Positions 1 to 14,300 of a stretch of 64,000 nucleotides of DNA are shown in pieces. A model generated the notes under the pieces. That model ran no database searches. It saw nothing but the letters and a program-made list of their open reading frames with translations, and was not told where the DNA came from. This DNA comes from Eledone cirrhosa. Lineage: Eukaryota. Every line of letters begins with the position of its first letter. Within the stretch, counting starts at the first letter, position 1. A program made the position numbers and the translations under genes. The stretch covers positions 30,504,001-30,568,000 of the forward strand of contig OZ024757.1 of the NCBI GenBank assembly GCA_964016885.1, written 5' to 3'.

Positions 1-186
1 TCTACTTTTGGCACAAGGCTAACAATTAACTCAGTGCATAACTGATACTTTATTCTATTGATCCCGTTAGGATGAAAGGCAAAGTTAACCTCGGCGAGAT
101 TTGAACTCAGACCGTAAAGGGACGTAACTCTGTGCTGGAAAGCATGGCGTCCGATCTCCTACCGATACTGCCAATCCACCGCCCTT
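1..186 (-). mobile_element. tRNA-derived SINE, family A (about 20 copies in window)
   Basis: A box TGGCAGTATCGG, B box GAGTTCAAATC, core gcctttcatccttacggggtcgataaaataaagtaccag, (ATT)n-like tail. Other copies at approx. 8385, 8615, 16470, 26137, 26360, 26505, 29694, 32420, 32680, 40545, 45870, 47278, 47463, 48358, 54940, 58163, 58497, 61800, 62830, 63110, 63300. Confidence 0.85.
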
Positions 187-1477
187 GAATGTATAATAAC
201 AGACTGGTAAACAATTCCAAACGTTTCACTCGTCAAGGTTGTTCACTAATTATCTGCATATTCTTAATACAGATCAGGTGTAACCGAAACTGTTGGTTCT
301 CTCATGACATACGCCCATATATCCACCACCAACGAATTATTGTTATTACAGAAAGTACACATGAAAATATATTAGAAAAAAAGAACATAATCAAATTAAA
401 TGCACGAATAAATATTGTTAAGATCGTTTTCAGATTATTCGGTGGAGAATAGAATTAATATAGATGTCTGACTAGCAATATCAAATTTTTTTCCATCATC
501 GACATTCAGTAAATCTATAATTTATTTTGTATCATATCTGGCGATTGAAAAATACCAGACCGATATTTCAGTTTGCAAATATTTTCTTGTAGGTAAAACT
601 GACGTGGAAGAAACTACCTGTATCGGTTGTTAGCTGTCGGGACACTGCATCCTTCAAAACTTCCATGCTTCCCGAGATTCGGCACACTACACCTGATATT
701 CTGCGTAGGTGCACACGTACGAATATGTCTGTATATCATGACTAATAGACTATTCACTTTCCTGACATTTCTACATTATTCTATGTACTATACATGCACC
801 TTTGATGTGTTGTAGTGCACCTGAGCACTTCACAAAATAATTTCATTATTATTATACTACTAAGTTATATATTTTCACTTGTATATAATTATTATATCGT
901 TGAAGGGTTCACTAAATTCCATTATCTACACACGTTATTATAGATTTCCAGTAAATCTCTGTTAACTTACCACCGTGAAATGTAGTCGATGTACCGTTAT
1001 GTTCTGAACGACAAAGAACATTATCTCATTGCTGTTAGATTAAGATTTTCAAATGTTTCATCGACGTTATTTTACGACATTAACGTTGTTCTGACTGCTT
1101 CGTTTTTAGCCATAAATTCGTATTTTGTCAGAATGAAGTAGAATCGAACCAACATAAGATACATACGAAAAGTTAATATACCATACATTCACTACTTAAT
1201 TTATTTATAGTGAACAGTTTTTATGGAGTTTTTTAATGGCTAAATGAATTCGTTAGCGCATACTTCCAAACGAATACATACATATATATATATATATATG
1301 TTTATCCCGAGTTCAATCGGAGGTAACCACAGTAAGGTATTCAATACAAAACAGAGTATAAATATTTAATATAGAAAAGGCTTCTACAGGACTAGAACTG
1401 TTTAATTCGGGAGAAATCATCAAGGGTTTCTGGTGATTTATCCCGAATGAAACAGTTCTAGTCCTGTAGAAGCCTTT

Positions 1478-1510
<33 letters not shown>

Positions 1511-2559
1511 CAAACACTCACATACTAGTAGTAGTACATGTCGTTGCCCGGGTGCCAAAAATGGAGAAAACGACTTTACTATAGCAAGTTTTTATGTAAT
1601 TATATTAGCATGTATATATATACATTTTTATCTTATAGGAAAGACACCGCTAAAGTTGAATTATTTTCACTTCTATGATGCAAGAAGTTTCTTTTAAGAC
1701 GTGTTTAATGATCGTTTTAATTCAGTGAATTAAAAGAAAATGGTATCTTTTACGTTATATACTGTAGTCAAACATTACATAGATTTATTTGAATACCAAT
1801 TGTGTGTGCGTAAGTTTGTTCATACTTACACACTTGAATGTGTGTGTATATATATACACATATACACGCACACATACAATCTTTGGGCCTTGAAAAGAGT
1901 TGGATACATTTTACGTGCGCTTTTCCCTGCTTGCAAAAGCGGACGTAAAATGATGATGATTTTAATGAAATAACAGTTTATATAGTTATTTATTATAATC
2001 CATTTTGACAATGATATGGTTACTCTTCTGTATAAATAGCTACATATTAAATAAAGGTTTACTGTTCTGAGAGAAGGATTTACCATTATATGTCACATAT
2101 ATCAAACAAAATCTAGAAAGGAGAGTTTAATTTATTGTATAAAATATATTGTAAAGATTTTATTTTCGAAATTATCATGATTATAAATACATAATAGAAA
2201 ACAAATATTTTATTGTTCTTCATCTTGTGGCCTCAGATTTTTAGTTTATAGATGAAATCCTCCATAAATAAATAGATGTGAGGTGTAATTCTGATAGGAC
2301 AGATATTAAATATATGTTGGCGAATTGGCAGCGTCATTAGAACGTCAGATAGAGTGCTTTAAGGCGTTTATTCCGGCTCTCTGCGCTCTGAGGTCAACTT
2401 TGACTTGCATACTTTCGAGGTTGATAAAAAAAGTACCAGTCTAGTACTGGGTCGATTCTCCTCTATATCTCTTTCTCACTTCTATTTCCTCATTCTTTAT
2501 CTTTCTCTAGAATAAATCTGCTGTATTCAGACTTGGAAAGGGGATGGGCTCTGCCAGGC

Positions 2560-3040
2560 TTAAAATGTCCCACAACATCCCCATTTTGCAAGATTGACTT
2601 TTTCATGTCCAACACCAAATCTTAGTCTGTTTAGGCATTTCCATACTGCATAGTTTGTATCTGCCCCTGGGGGTAGTGCTTCACTCACCTTTAGCTCCAT
2701 TGGTGTTACAGATGGGAGGTTCTTAAGTTTTTCTTCCCAGTAAGTGACTCTTTCACTACTTATGCTTGATGTTCCAAGGGGCATGACGCTCTTTAGGAAA
2801 CTTTTCCAGGATTTAAGGCAGCTTTTGGCTGGCACATGGCCAATGAGAACTGATAGAATAGGACAGAACATTCCACCACCACTGTTGAAGTAGCTGGGTA
2901 TTGAAGGGGTAAAATATATTTTTTAAAGAAAGGGGCGACTGGGTTAGATTTGTAGAGAGACAGAGACAGGTGAACCATTGTTTTCCATGCAGCCATGGGT
3001 TTGGGCAGCGGGAAGAGTTTATCACAGTTCAAATCTAGAT
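2560..3040 (-). mobile_element. Degenerate non-LTR retrotransposon C-terminal fragment (Vingi/Ingi-like)
   Basis: GHVPAKSCLKSWKSFL...WKCLNRLRFGVGHEKVNLAKWG resembles the RLKSR...LNRLRTG..KWG C-terminus of these LINEs. Confidence 0.55.
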
Positions 3041-4679
3041 GGGTTGGGGGACCTCATGTTTTTCGTACATTCCATGTTTGGAATAGTTTCGACAGTTGAA
3101 TGATATTCCTAATGTCAACCACCTTATAGAGAGTACTGGGTGTATTTTATTGTGGCACTAGCACTAACACTTCACTGAGAATACTGGGTACATTTTATTG
3201 CAACATCAGCACTACCACCTTACAAAATGTATTGGACACATTTTATCATGGTAACAGCATTACCACTTTACAGAATGCACTAAATATTTTTATCGTAGCA
3301 CCAACACTAACCACTAATGATATTGTAGTTAGAAAGAAGCAACAATGATAAGGGAAGATAGAAACAAAACAATGAGCTGATCATCATCATCATCATCATC
3401 ATCATCAATTTACGTCCATTTTCCCATGTTTGCATGGCTTTGACAGATCTTTTCCAGCATAGTTTCCCTATACTAATTGTCTGTCATATCCTCTGAACTT
3501 CAGTGATTTGAGATCAGCTCTGATCAGGCCTTCTACCACAGCTTCTTTACACTGGTATTTCTTAGCACTTCTTCATCCAATCATCATCACCCATGCACAT
3601 TACATGCCCATTCCCATGCAGTCTTCTCTCTTACACACATCTGATTATCCTGATACTCAGTTTTGCTCTTAGCTCATCCATGCTTCATTGTCCATGCAGA
3701 TTAACATCACACATCGATAGAAGCATGATTTCTTTTCTTCATCTCTCTCCAGCCTTCACATATCCTTTGAATTTACCATCCATGTCTCACTGGCTTTTTG
3801 TTGTCAACAGGGGTAGTAAATATATATCATCATCATCTTAGTATGTTTCCTACAGAAATAGCACAGATGAAGTTGGTCCCCATATCCTTTGCAAGAAGTA
3901 TGATCACACCTGAAGACCATGTTCCATTGTTGTTCCTTACAAATTACACACATGGTCATCAGTTATTCAATTTCTTGCTACTTGGACTTCAAAGATGAAT
4001 GGATCCATCTGAAATGATAAAAATACAACTACATATGTCAGTAAATTTAGTTAGAAATGTAGGAATTTGACAATTCATTAAATAACTGCAAGTCAAGAAA
4101 TACTCTACAGAAATAAAATATAAAACTATTGTGTGTAAAATAAAAATGTTTGTGGAGTTCCTAGCTATGTCTAAGCCATTATACCTAGCTTTTCTTGATC
4201 TAGAGAAGGCTTTTCACAGAGAGTCACAATCTTATCTGGTGGTCCTTAACCCTTTAGCATTTAAACTGGCCATATCTGGCTAGAAATTCTCTCACCTCTT
4301 TCTGTTCAAACCGGCTGTAACTGGCCACTCATACTGACATTAAGGTATTGTTCTCAAAATAAATAATATCCAAATCTCATAGATTCGATATTATGTGAGG
4401 TAAAGCCTTTACCACAAAAATACAATAGTATATATAGAGTAATGTTAAGTGCTAAAAGTTTAAAACACAGAAAACAACATAGTTGCTTGGCCTGCTAGAA
4501 ATAATAGCCAAATGTTGCTCAAATCACACACTACCGTCTTTGAAAAAAAGATTTAAATATCATAAATAATGCAGTCCTACAGAAGCTGTGTCTGCCTATA
4601 AAATAGCATGGTGACAACTTGAAAATATTTGACATTATATGTCTGCTGGATGAGGATTGAGCTAAACAACAAGACACAT

Positions 4680-7600
4680 CACTGTTCCCTGTCTCACAAC
4701 TAACTAAACAACACCACCATTCACATTCTGCCTAACAACTAAACAACACCACCACCACCACTGCCATTATTGCTCCTCTGTCTCACAACAAATTAAACAC
4801 TACCACCACTGCCACGCTGTCTCATAACAAAGTAAACACCACCACCACCACCACCACTGCCATTACTGCTCCTGTCTCACAACAAATTAAACAACACCAC
4901 CACCACCACTGCCATTACTGCTCCTGTCTCACAACAAATTAAACACCACCACCACCACCACTGCCATTACTGCTCCTGTCTCACAACAAATTAAACAACA
5001 CCACCACCACCACCACTGCCATTACTGCTCCTGTCTCACAACAAATTAAACAACACCACCACCACCACTGCCATTACTGCTCCTGTCTCACAACAAATTA
5101 AACACCACCACCACCACCACTGCCATTACTGCTCCTCTGTCTCACAACAAATTAAACAACACCACCACCACCACTGCCATTACTGCTCCTGTCTCACAAC
5201 AAATTAAACAACACCACCACCACCACTGCCATTACTGCTCCTGTCTCACAACAAATTAAACACCACCACCACCACCACTGCCATTACTGCTCCTGTCTCA
5301 CAACAAATTAAACAACACCACCACCACCACTGCCATTACTGCTCCTGTCTCACAACAAATTAAACACCACCACCACTGCCATTACTGCTCCTGTCTCACA
5401 ACAAATTAAACACCACCACCACCACCACTATTGCTCCTCTGTCTCACAACAAATTAAACAACACCACCACCACCACCACTATTGCTCCTCTGTCTCACAA
5501 CAAATTAAACAACACCACCACCACCACTATTGCTCCTCTGTCTCACAACAAATTAAACAACACCACCACCACCACCACTATTGCTCCTCTGTCTCACAAC
5601 AAATTAAACAACCCCACCACCACCACCACTATTGCTCCTCTGTCTCACAACAAATTAAACAACACCACCACCACCACTGCCATTACTGCTCCTGTCTCAC
5701 AACAAATTAAACAACACCACCACCACCACTGCCATTACTGCTCCTGTCTCACAACAAATTAAACAACACCACCACCACCACTGCCATTACTGCTCCTGTC
5801 TCACAACAAATTAAACAACACCACCACCACCACCACTGCCATTACTGCTCCTGTCTCACAACAAATTAAACAACACCACCACCACCACTGCCATTACTGC
5901 TCCTGTCTCACAACAAATTAAACAACACCACCACCACCACCACCACTATTGCTCCTCTGTCTCACAACAAATTAAACAACACCACCACCACCACTGCCAT
6001 TACTGCTCCTGTCTCACAACAAATTAAACAACAACCCCACCACCACTGCCATTACTGCTCCTGTCTCACAACAAATTAAACAACACCACCACCACCACTG
6101 CCATTACTGCTCCTGTCTCACAACAAATTAAACACCACCACCACCACCACTGCCATTACTGCTCCTGTCTCACCACAAATTAAACAACACCACCACCACC
6201 ACCACTGCCATTACTGCTCCAGTCTCACAACAAATTAAACACCACCACCACCACCACCACTGCCATTACTGCTCCTGTCTCACAACAAATTAAACAACAC
6301 CACCACCACCACCACTGCCATTACTGCTCCTGTCTCACAACAAATTAAACAACACCACCACCACCACCACTGCCATTACTGCTCCTGTCTCACAACAAAT
6401 TAAACACCACCACCACCACCACTGCCATTACTGCTCCTGTCTCACAACAAATTAAACACCACCACCACTGCCATTACTGCTCCTGTCTCACAACAAATTA
6501 AACACCACCACCACCACCACTGCCATTACTGCTCCTCTGTCTCACAACAAATTAAACAACACCACCACCACCACTGCCATTACTGCTCCTGTCTCACAAC
6601 AAATTAAACAACAACCCCACCACCACTGCCATTACTGCTCCTGTCTCACAACAAATTAAACAACACCACCACCACCACTGCCATTACTGCTCCTGTCTCA
6701 CAACAAATTAAACACCACCACCACCACCACTGCCATTACTGCTCCTGTCTCACAACAAATTAAACAACACCACCACCACCACTGCCATTACTGCTCCTGT
6801 CTCACAACAAATTAAACACCACCACCACTGCCATTACTGCTCCTGTCTCACAACAAATTAAACACCACCACCACCACCACTATTGCTCCTCTGTCTCACA
6901 ACAAATTAAACAACACCACCACCACCACCACTATTGCTCCTCTGTCTCACAACAAATTAAACAACACCACCACCACCACTATTGCTCCTCTGTCTCACAA
7001 CAAATTAAACAACACCACCACCACCACCACTATTGCTCCTCTGTCTCACAACAAATTAAACAACCCCACCACCACCACCACTATTGCTCCTCTGTCTCAC
7101 AACAAATTAAACAACACCACCACCACCACTGCCATTACTGCTCCTGTCTCACAACAAATTAAACAACACCACCACCACCACTGCCATTACTGCTCCTGTC
7201 TCACAACAAATTAAACAACACCACCACCACCACTGCCATTACTGCTCCTGTCTCACAACAAATTAAACAACACCACCACCACCACCACTGCCATTACTGC
7301 TCCTGTCTCACAACAAATTAAACAACACCACCACCACCACTGCCATTACTGCTCCTGTCTCACAACAAATTAAACAACACCACCACCACCACCACCACTA
7401 TTGCTCCTCTGTCTCACAACAAATTAAACAACACCACCACCACCACTGCCATTACTGCTCCTGTCTCACAACAAATTAAACAACAACCCCACCACCACTG
7501 CCATTACTGCTCCTGTCTCACAACAAATTAAACAACACCACCACCACCACTGCCATTACTGCTCCTGTCTCACAACAAATTAAACACCACCACCACCACC

Positions 7601-8140
7601 ACTGCCATTACTGCTCCTGTCTCACAACAAATTAAACAACACCACCACCACCACCACTGCCATTACTGCTCCAGTCTCACAACAAATTAAACACCACCAC
7701 CACCACCATTACTGCTCCTGTCTCACAACAAATTAAACAACACCACCACCACCACCACTGCCATTACTGCTCCTGTCTCACAACAAATTAAACACCACCA
7801 CCACCACCACTGCCATTACTGCTCCTGTCTCACAACAAATTAAACACCACCACCACTGCCATTACTGTTCCTCTGTCTCACAACAAATTAAACACCACCA
7901 CCACCACCACTGCCATTACTGCTCCTGTCTCACAACAAAGTAAACACCACCACCACCACCACTGCTATTACTGCTCCTCTGTCTCACAACGAATTAAACA
8001 ACAACCCCACCACCACTGTCATTACTGCCCCTCTGCCTCACAACAAATTAACAACAATACCACTCACATTACTACTTCTCTGCCTCACAACCAACTAAAT
8101 AACAACAACAAGACTGACATTATTGGTTCTCTACCTCACA
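4680..8140. repeat. About 52-bp minisatellite/satellite array (roughly 60 units) with a 1452-bp higher-order duplication
   Basis: Unit acaacaaattaaacaac(acc)nactgccattactgctcctgtctc. Diagnostic variants recur 1452 bp apart (5611/7063; 6221/7673). Edges are degenerate. Confidence 0.97.
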
Positions 8141-8150
8141 ACTAACTGCT

Positions 8151-8339
8151 TCAACCATCGACATCTGGATCAGGAATTATTGGTTTATCATCGTTCATCT
8201 CTTCAACATTGGGTGACAGAATCACTTTCGCTGCACTGGTGCCTCCTTTCCTTTTTTCTGGAGTTGTATAACTGGAAATTTCTCTGTTGAAGCGTAGTGG
8301 CATTAATCCCTTTTCTCCATCAAATCTATTCTTAACTAT
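8151..8339 (-). CDS. TWNK: Twinkle last exon
   Basis: [20 protein letters not shown]...DVDG, TGA stop. Confidence 0.92.
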   Translation of the reverse strand: MVKNRFDGEKGLMPLRFNREISSYTTPEKRKGGTSAAKVILSPNVEEMNDDKPIIPDPDVDG

Positions 8340-11300
8340 CTGGAAAAGAGGGGGGGAAAAAAAAGGCCTAACCAATAATTATTTCCACTTTAGGCACAAG
8401 GCCAGTAATTTTGGGGAGGAGGGGAAAGTCAATTAAATCGACCTCAGTGCATTACTGGTGCTTTATTTTATCGACCCTGTAAGGATGAAAGGCAAAGCTA
8501 ATATCTGCGGGATTTGAACTCAGAATGTAAAGGACCATAACTCTATGTTGAAAAGCATGGTGTCCGACGCTCTATCAATACTGCCAATCCACGGCCCTCA
8601 GTTATTAAATAATGATTTCTGGTTTAGGCACAAGTCCAACAATTTTGGGAGGAGGGGAAAGTCGATTAAATCGACTTAAGTGTATCACTGGTACTTTATT
8701 TTATTTTATTTTATCGACCCCGTAAGGATGAAAGGCAAAGCTAACCTCGGTGGGATTTGAACTCAGAACGTAAAGGGCTGTAACTCAATGCTGCAAAGCA
8801 GCAATGCACACAACGCAGCAATGGATCACAGACTGGCAACTGAAGATGGCTGTGGACAAGTGTACCACCATGCATTTTGGGAGGAAAAATCCAGCGTCCA
8901 CATACTCCCTCCACAACACTGATATCAAGAAGTCCTCTTGTGAACGTGACCTGGGCATTACTGTCAGCAGCGATTTGCATTGGACAAAGCACATCACTAA
9001 AATTGTTAAGAAGGCCGAGGGTGTCTTGGCATCATTCAGCAAGACCTTTGTTAGCCGCTCTCCAACCATCTATTTAAAGCTATATACAGCTATGGTCCGA
9101 CCACACTTGGAATTCACATTATCAGTCTGGAACCCCCATCTTGCTTAGAACATTGACCTCCTGGAAACTGTTCAGAGACGTGCAACCAAGCGCATACCCT
9201 CCATCAGACACCTACCATACTCTGAATGCCTTGCTTCCCTGGGCATGCATTCATTGAAGCTCCGACGTCTGGCAATGGACTTGGTAAACACCCACAAAGT
9301 TATTAACCATCTCGCCAACAACAACCCTTAGCACCTTTTTGATCTCCATGTGTCTAACACACGTGGACATGCCTACAAAGTCAGAAAACAGCACAGCTCC
9401 CATGACTTTCACGCTTAGAGATGCTGAAGCATGGAACAAACTGCCTGTGTCAGTTGTTAGAGACACAGCATCCTTTAAAACCCTCATGCTTCCTGAAATT
9501 CGCCAAAACTACACCTGATGTCACCCTTACATGCACACGTGTATATCATGACTCATGCACTGTTCATTTTCTTGACGTTTGTACATTATCCTATGTACTA
9601 TACATACACTTTTGATGAGTTGTAGTGCACCTGAGCACTGTACACAATATTTTCATTATTATTATTATACTGTCCAACACTCTACCGATACTGGCAATCC
9701 ACTGCCCTAACAAATAATGGTTTCTAATTTAGGCACAAGGCGAGGAATTCATGGGGAGGCGAAAGTCAATTATTTTCAAAATTATTTGAAAACCATAGAC
9801 TGTGTCTTTCATGATAAATAAGATAACAAAAGGGTTTAAAGTGTATATATTTATCGACAAACCTTCCATCTAAAAATTCTTTATAACAAGATCGACCAAA
9901 ATAAATCGAGCGTATGTTTGTTATTACCTTGGAGATTGAAAAAAATTTCATTATACTGAAAAATTCGTTATAACAAAATTTTACCTGTATTATGAAGTAC
10001 CTCAAAATGATTTGAAAAACATAGGCACTGATTTTAATTAGGAATAGAGTAATGAAAGGTTTTTACAAAATTCCAGGTATTAGAAGAAAAACTTACCTCA
10101 ATAAATTTTTGAACTCTGTGAGATGGTAAATATTTACTTTGTAGTATGAGGACATTGTCAGCTTCTTGTGTGGCTTTGGCACCACCAAATACTGAGGCAA
10201 CATTCAGTAGTTCTGTGTCATTATTCTGATGGATGCAGATGAAAAATAACAAAATGGAAAAGAGATTTATGGCAATCAAATCTTAATGAAACACAACTGT
10301 TTCTATAAATTTTCAAATTATTTGAAAATCATAAGCAGTGTCTTCCATGTTGGCATGGGTTGGATAGTTTGTAATGTTCTGAGACTAGACAAGTCAGATG
10401 ACCACATCCTACTCATACATCCCAGTTTTACATGGTTTCTTTGACTGAATGTCCTTCCTAACACCAACTACTTTACAGATGTGTACTAGGTGCATTTTGT
10501 CATGTTACTAGCATTATCACTTCAAACACTGTACTGGGTGCGTTTTATCATGGCACCCGAATAACCAATTTATGAAGTAGACTAGGTGCATCTTTTCATG
10601 GCACTCGAATTACCACTTTATAAAGTAGACTGAGTGTTTTTATCATGGATGGGCTCAGTCTACCATAATTTCTAAGACAAGCCCATAGCCATAAGATATT
10701 GTGGAAGAAACATCAGTACCGATTCCACCACCTTGTACGCAATGTAGGAGGCAATCCATAATACTACAAATTATGCCTTAATCTGGCTCACCAACCTTGA
10801 TATCTCTCTCTATAACCATTGTGCATATGTCATACGACAAGAAGAAGAAGCAATGAAGAAAGCAAAAAAAAAAAAAAAAAAGCCCTACCTTCCGAGGATG
10901 GATGACCAGAGTGACATGACAGTTAGATGCTGTTGCAAAGTTACGGAAATCAGAAATTATTTGGTCTTGAATCAAAAACCTGTTTCCTTGAGTCATATTT
11001 TTTCCCATCATAAACTGGATATTATCAATCACAACATGAGCGATATCATATAAATACACAGCCTGTGACATTGTCTGTAATGAAAACAAAAAAATTAACT
11101 CAATTTGGGCAGGCATTTAACTGCCCTATCCGTGATACAGGTATGTGCCAGTGGACACGTGGTATACCAGATTGAATACAACAAATGTAAGGAGTTCTAC
11201 ATTGATAGCATGATTCGAGCACTCTACACTCACATTAAAGAACACCTCAATACACATGCATCCTCATTCAAAAAACACATCGACAAATGTAGAAACATCA

Positions 11301-14300
11301 ACCAAAATATTACCGTTAACATTAAAGCCAGTGATAGAAATGTGGGCATCTTAAGAATTAAGGAAGCCTTGCTCATACGTCAACTCAACCCGCAATAAAT
11401 AATAGATTAGAACTCAGCACACAATACTTGACATAAAAAGACACACTCACAGGCACACAAACTAAACATCTCATACAAGAAAGAAAATTGATTTCGCAAA
11501 ATATACTATATTAGTGGCAATTGACATCATTCACATGGAAAGTGAAGCAACCATTGAAAAACGCTTGAAAATGACTTAGAAGAAATTTAAATCAAAATCA
11601 AAATTTTATCCAAAGAGAGGAAATTGGAACGTTCCTTAAACCCTAATGAAGGGACATTTAGATCCCGAAATATTGGACAGATAAAAGAACAACAACAATA
11701 AAACAAAGATTACCAGGAAACTTTTACTTTTCGTTAACTCATCTTACAGTCCACTTTTAGTCTTCTATCTCTTTTAACGTTATATATTATATACAATGCT
11801 TCAAGCAAACTATAATATTTTATTACATATAGATGTCTTGCCAATGTGATTTCATGTGGTACAGGACATTAATGTTTAACTTACCTCAATAACCCTCTTA
11901 ACATCCTCCTGACCAAAAAATGTCATGAAATAGAGGGGCAATTGGTCAAACTTGTCAGCCCAGTTTTCAAAGGCATCAAGATTCTTGGCAAGATTCACTC
12001 TGGTAAAATACAAATCAGAATTAATCATTTGTTTTTCAGAACTGCTATCTTTTGTACAAACTTTTGTCTGCTTTTTAACATTTTTTTTTACCATATCTCT
12101 AATGAGAGTCACTGCTTATGATCTACTATTATAATAGCCTTGCATAATTGTCTGTCACACACTAGAGATGACGGAGGAAGGAAGGGGTGATTATGTTGAC
12201 AGAGGAAGGAAGGAATGATAACGTTAACTGAGGAAAGAAGAGGTGATAATGTTGACTGAGGAAGGAAGTAGTGATGATGTTGACTGAGGAAGGAAGAGGT
12301 GATTATGTCAACTGAAGAAGGAAGGGGTGATAATGTTGACTGAGGAAGGAAAGGGTGATAACGTCAACTGAGGAAGGAAGGGGTGATTACATCGACTGGG
12401 GAAGGAAGGGGTGATTACGTCAACTGAGGAGGGAGGGGGTGAGAAACTATAGAAGTCCAGCAATCTAAGATTCATTACAGCTGTGTGTTTGTATGTTTGT
12501 ATCACTTGTGTGAGTGAGCGCGAAGGAAACCAACCAAAATTTCTTTTCTATATTATGTATAGATATTAAATTAGCCGTCATCTTTGACGGGCCAGCTAGT
12601 TTACAAATAATTTTGAAAGTAAAACAAGAATTTTTAGGCATTTAGCAACAGCTGCTAGTTGTGACTGGCAGATAGTATTAGTAATGGAAAGACCAATCGG
12701 AACAGTTTCTTTGGTCTGATTTAATGATCAGTTTTTTAGCAATATAATCATTATCATCATCATTTTTACATGTTTTTCTATGCTTGCATCAGTTGGACAG
12801 GTCCTTCTTAGCACAGCATAAATTTTTTTTCATTATTAAGTTGGTGGCTGGAACATAACTTAACAAAATTTCATGAAATCTTCCATAAAATTAAAGTGCA
12901 AAGATTTTTTTATAAATATAATCACTTTAAAATAATCTGATTCATATTGTAGAACTAGTGGTGATTTCAGGCAGTTTGATATCAAAAGGGTTAAACATTT
13001 TAACACTAACTTAACTATGAGATATGTATTCCCTAACCACAAGAAGAACTGACTTACTGAGAGAACTGCATCAGCATAGTTTTCGCCAATCTGACATTAT
13101 GAATCTCAAAGCTTCCCCATAATGTATTTACCTGAAAATAATTTTTAAAAAATTAACCTTTAGCATTTACATTACACTATATATACAATTGTATTTTTGT
13201 GATAAAGGTTTTATCTTACACAATTATCTCACATAATATCAAATCTACGAGATTTTGATGATATTTATTTTGAGAACAATACCTACCTTAATGTCAGTAT
13301 GAGCAGCCAGTTACGATCTGTTTGAACAGAAATTGAGAAAATACTGGCTGGATATGGCCAGTTTAAATTAAAAAATCAAAAAAACTTTTACTTCTTCATG
13401 CCCACTTATTCCTGAGAGGGTCATGGGTGCAGAGTCTTCAAACACTCCTTCCAGTGAGTCCTGTTAGAAGCAACCGCCTCCATAGCAACATTTCAAAGTT
13501 ACTGAGAGCTGACATTTTGATGTGATTGGCAGCCTTGCACCAGCAAAATTCAGAGGAAATGTTAGATTTAACTAAATACTACATGACATTTCATCTGGCA
13601 CTCCATTGATTTTGCTTAATCAACTGCTCTTGATATTCTAGAATATCTTAACGAAACTTAGAAACTTACCCCTTGCATACAAAGGTCCAAAGAGTATTCA
13701 CTCATGAAGGTGGTCTTTCCAGCACCAGTGGTCCCTGTAAACACTGTCAGTTCCCCTCGACGATGTCCTTTCAGCAATCTATTTAAAGCAACAAATTTCT
13801 TCCACTGGAAATAAATAGAAATGTTTAATAATAATAGAGCTTGTAATAATGACTGCACAGAAAATACCTAAAAATAGGTTTCATCTTCATTATCATCATC
13901 ATCATTCAACGTCCATGGATTAGACAGGTTGTCCCATTTGAGGCAAGTTGGGTCAGGTGACCATGTCTTACTCATATAGAACTGCTTCTGGCTAGATTTC
14001 TACAGCTGGATGCCTTTCCTAATGCCAACCACATTGACATGAGTGTGCTGGGTGCTTCTTGTCGTGACTCCTACATGACCACTTTACAGTGTGGGCAGCG
14101 TGCTTTTTGTCGTGGCTCCTACATGACCATTTTACAGTGTGGGATGGGTGCTTTTTGTTGTGATACCTTCATGACCACTTTATTGTGTGAACTGGTGCTT
14201 TCTGTCATGACACCCAAATAACCACTTTACAGTGTGGACTGGGTGCATTTTGTCATGGCATCTAAATGACCACTTTACAGAGTGAGCTGGGTGCTTTTTG

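Noticed and set aside
971-1115. Possible minus-strand first exon ending in a gtaagt donor
   Set aside because: Only short ORFs and no identifiable product; it could be a UTR exon of a gene outside the window.
3855-3998. Possible plus-strand terminal exon after tttcctacag with downstream AATAAA
   Set aside because: No recognisable homology and no upstream partner exon found.
4680-8140. Array as a CRISPR locus or as a His/Thr-rich coding repeat
   Set aside because: No unique spacers and no cas genes; the 52-bp unit shifts frame and meets TAA.
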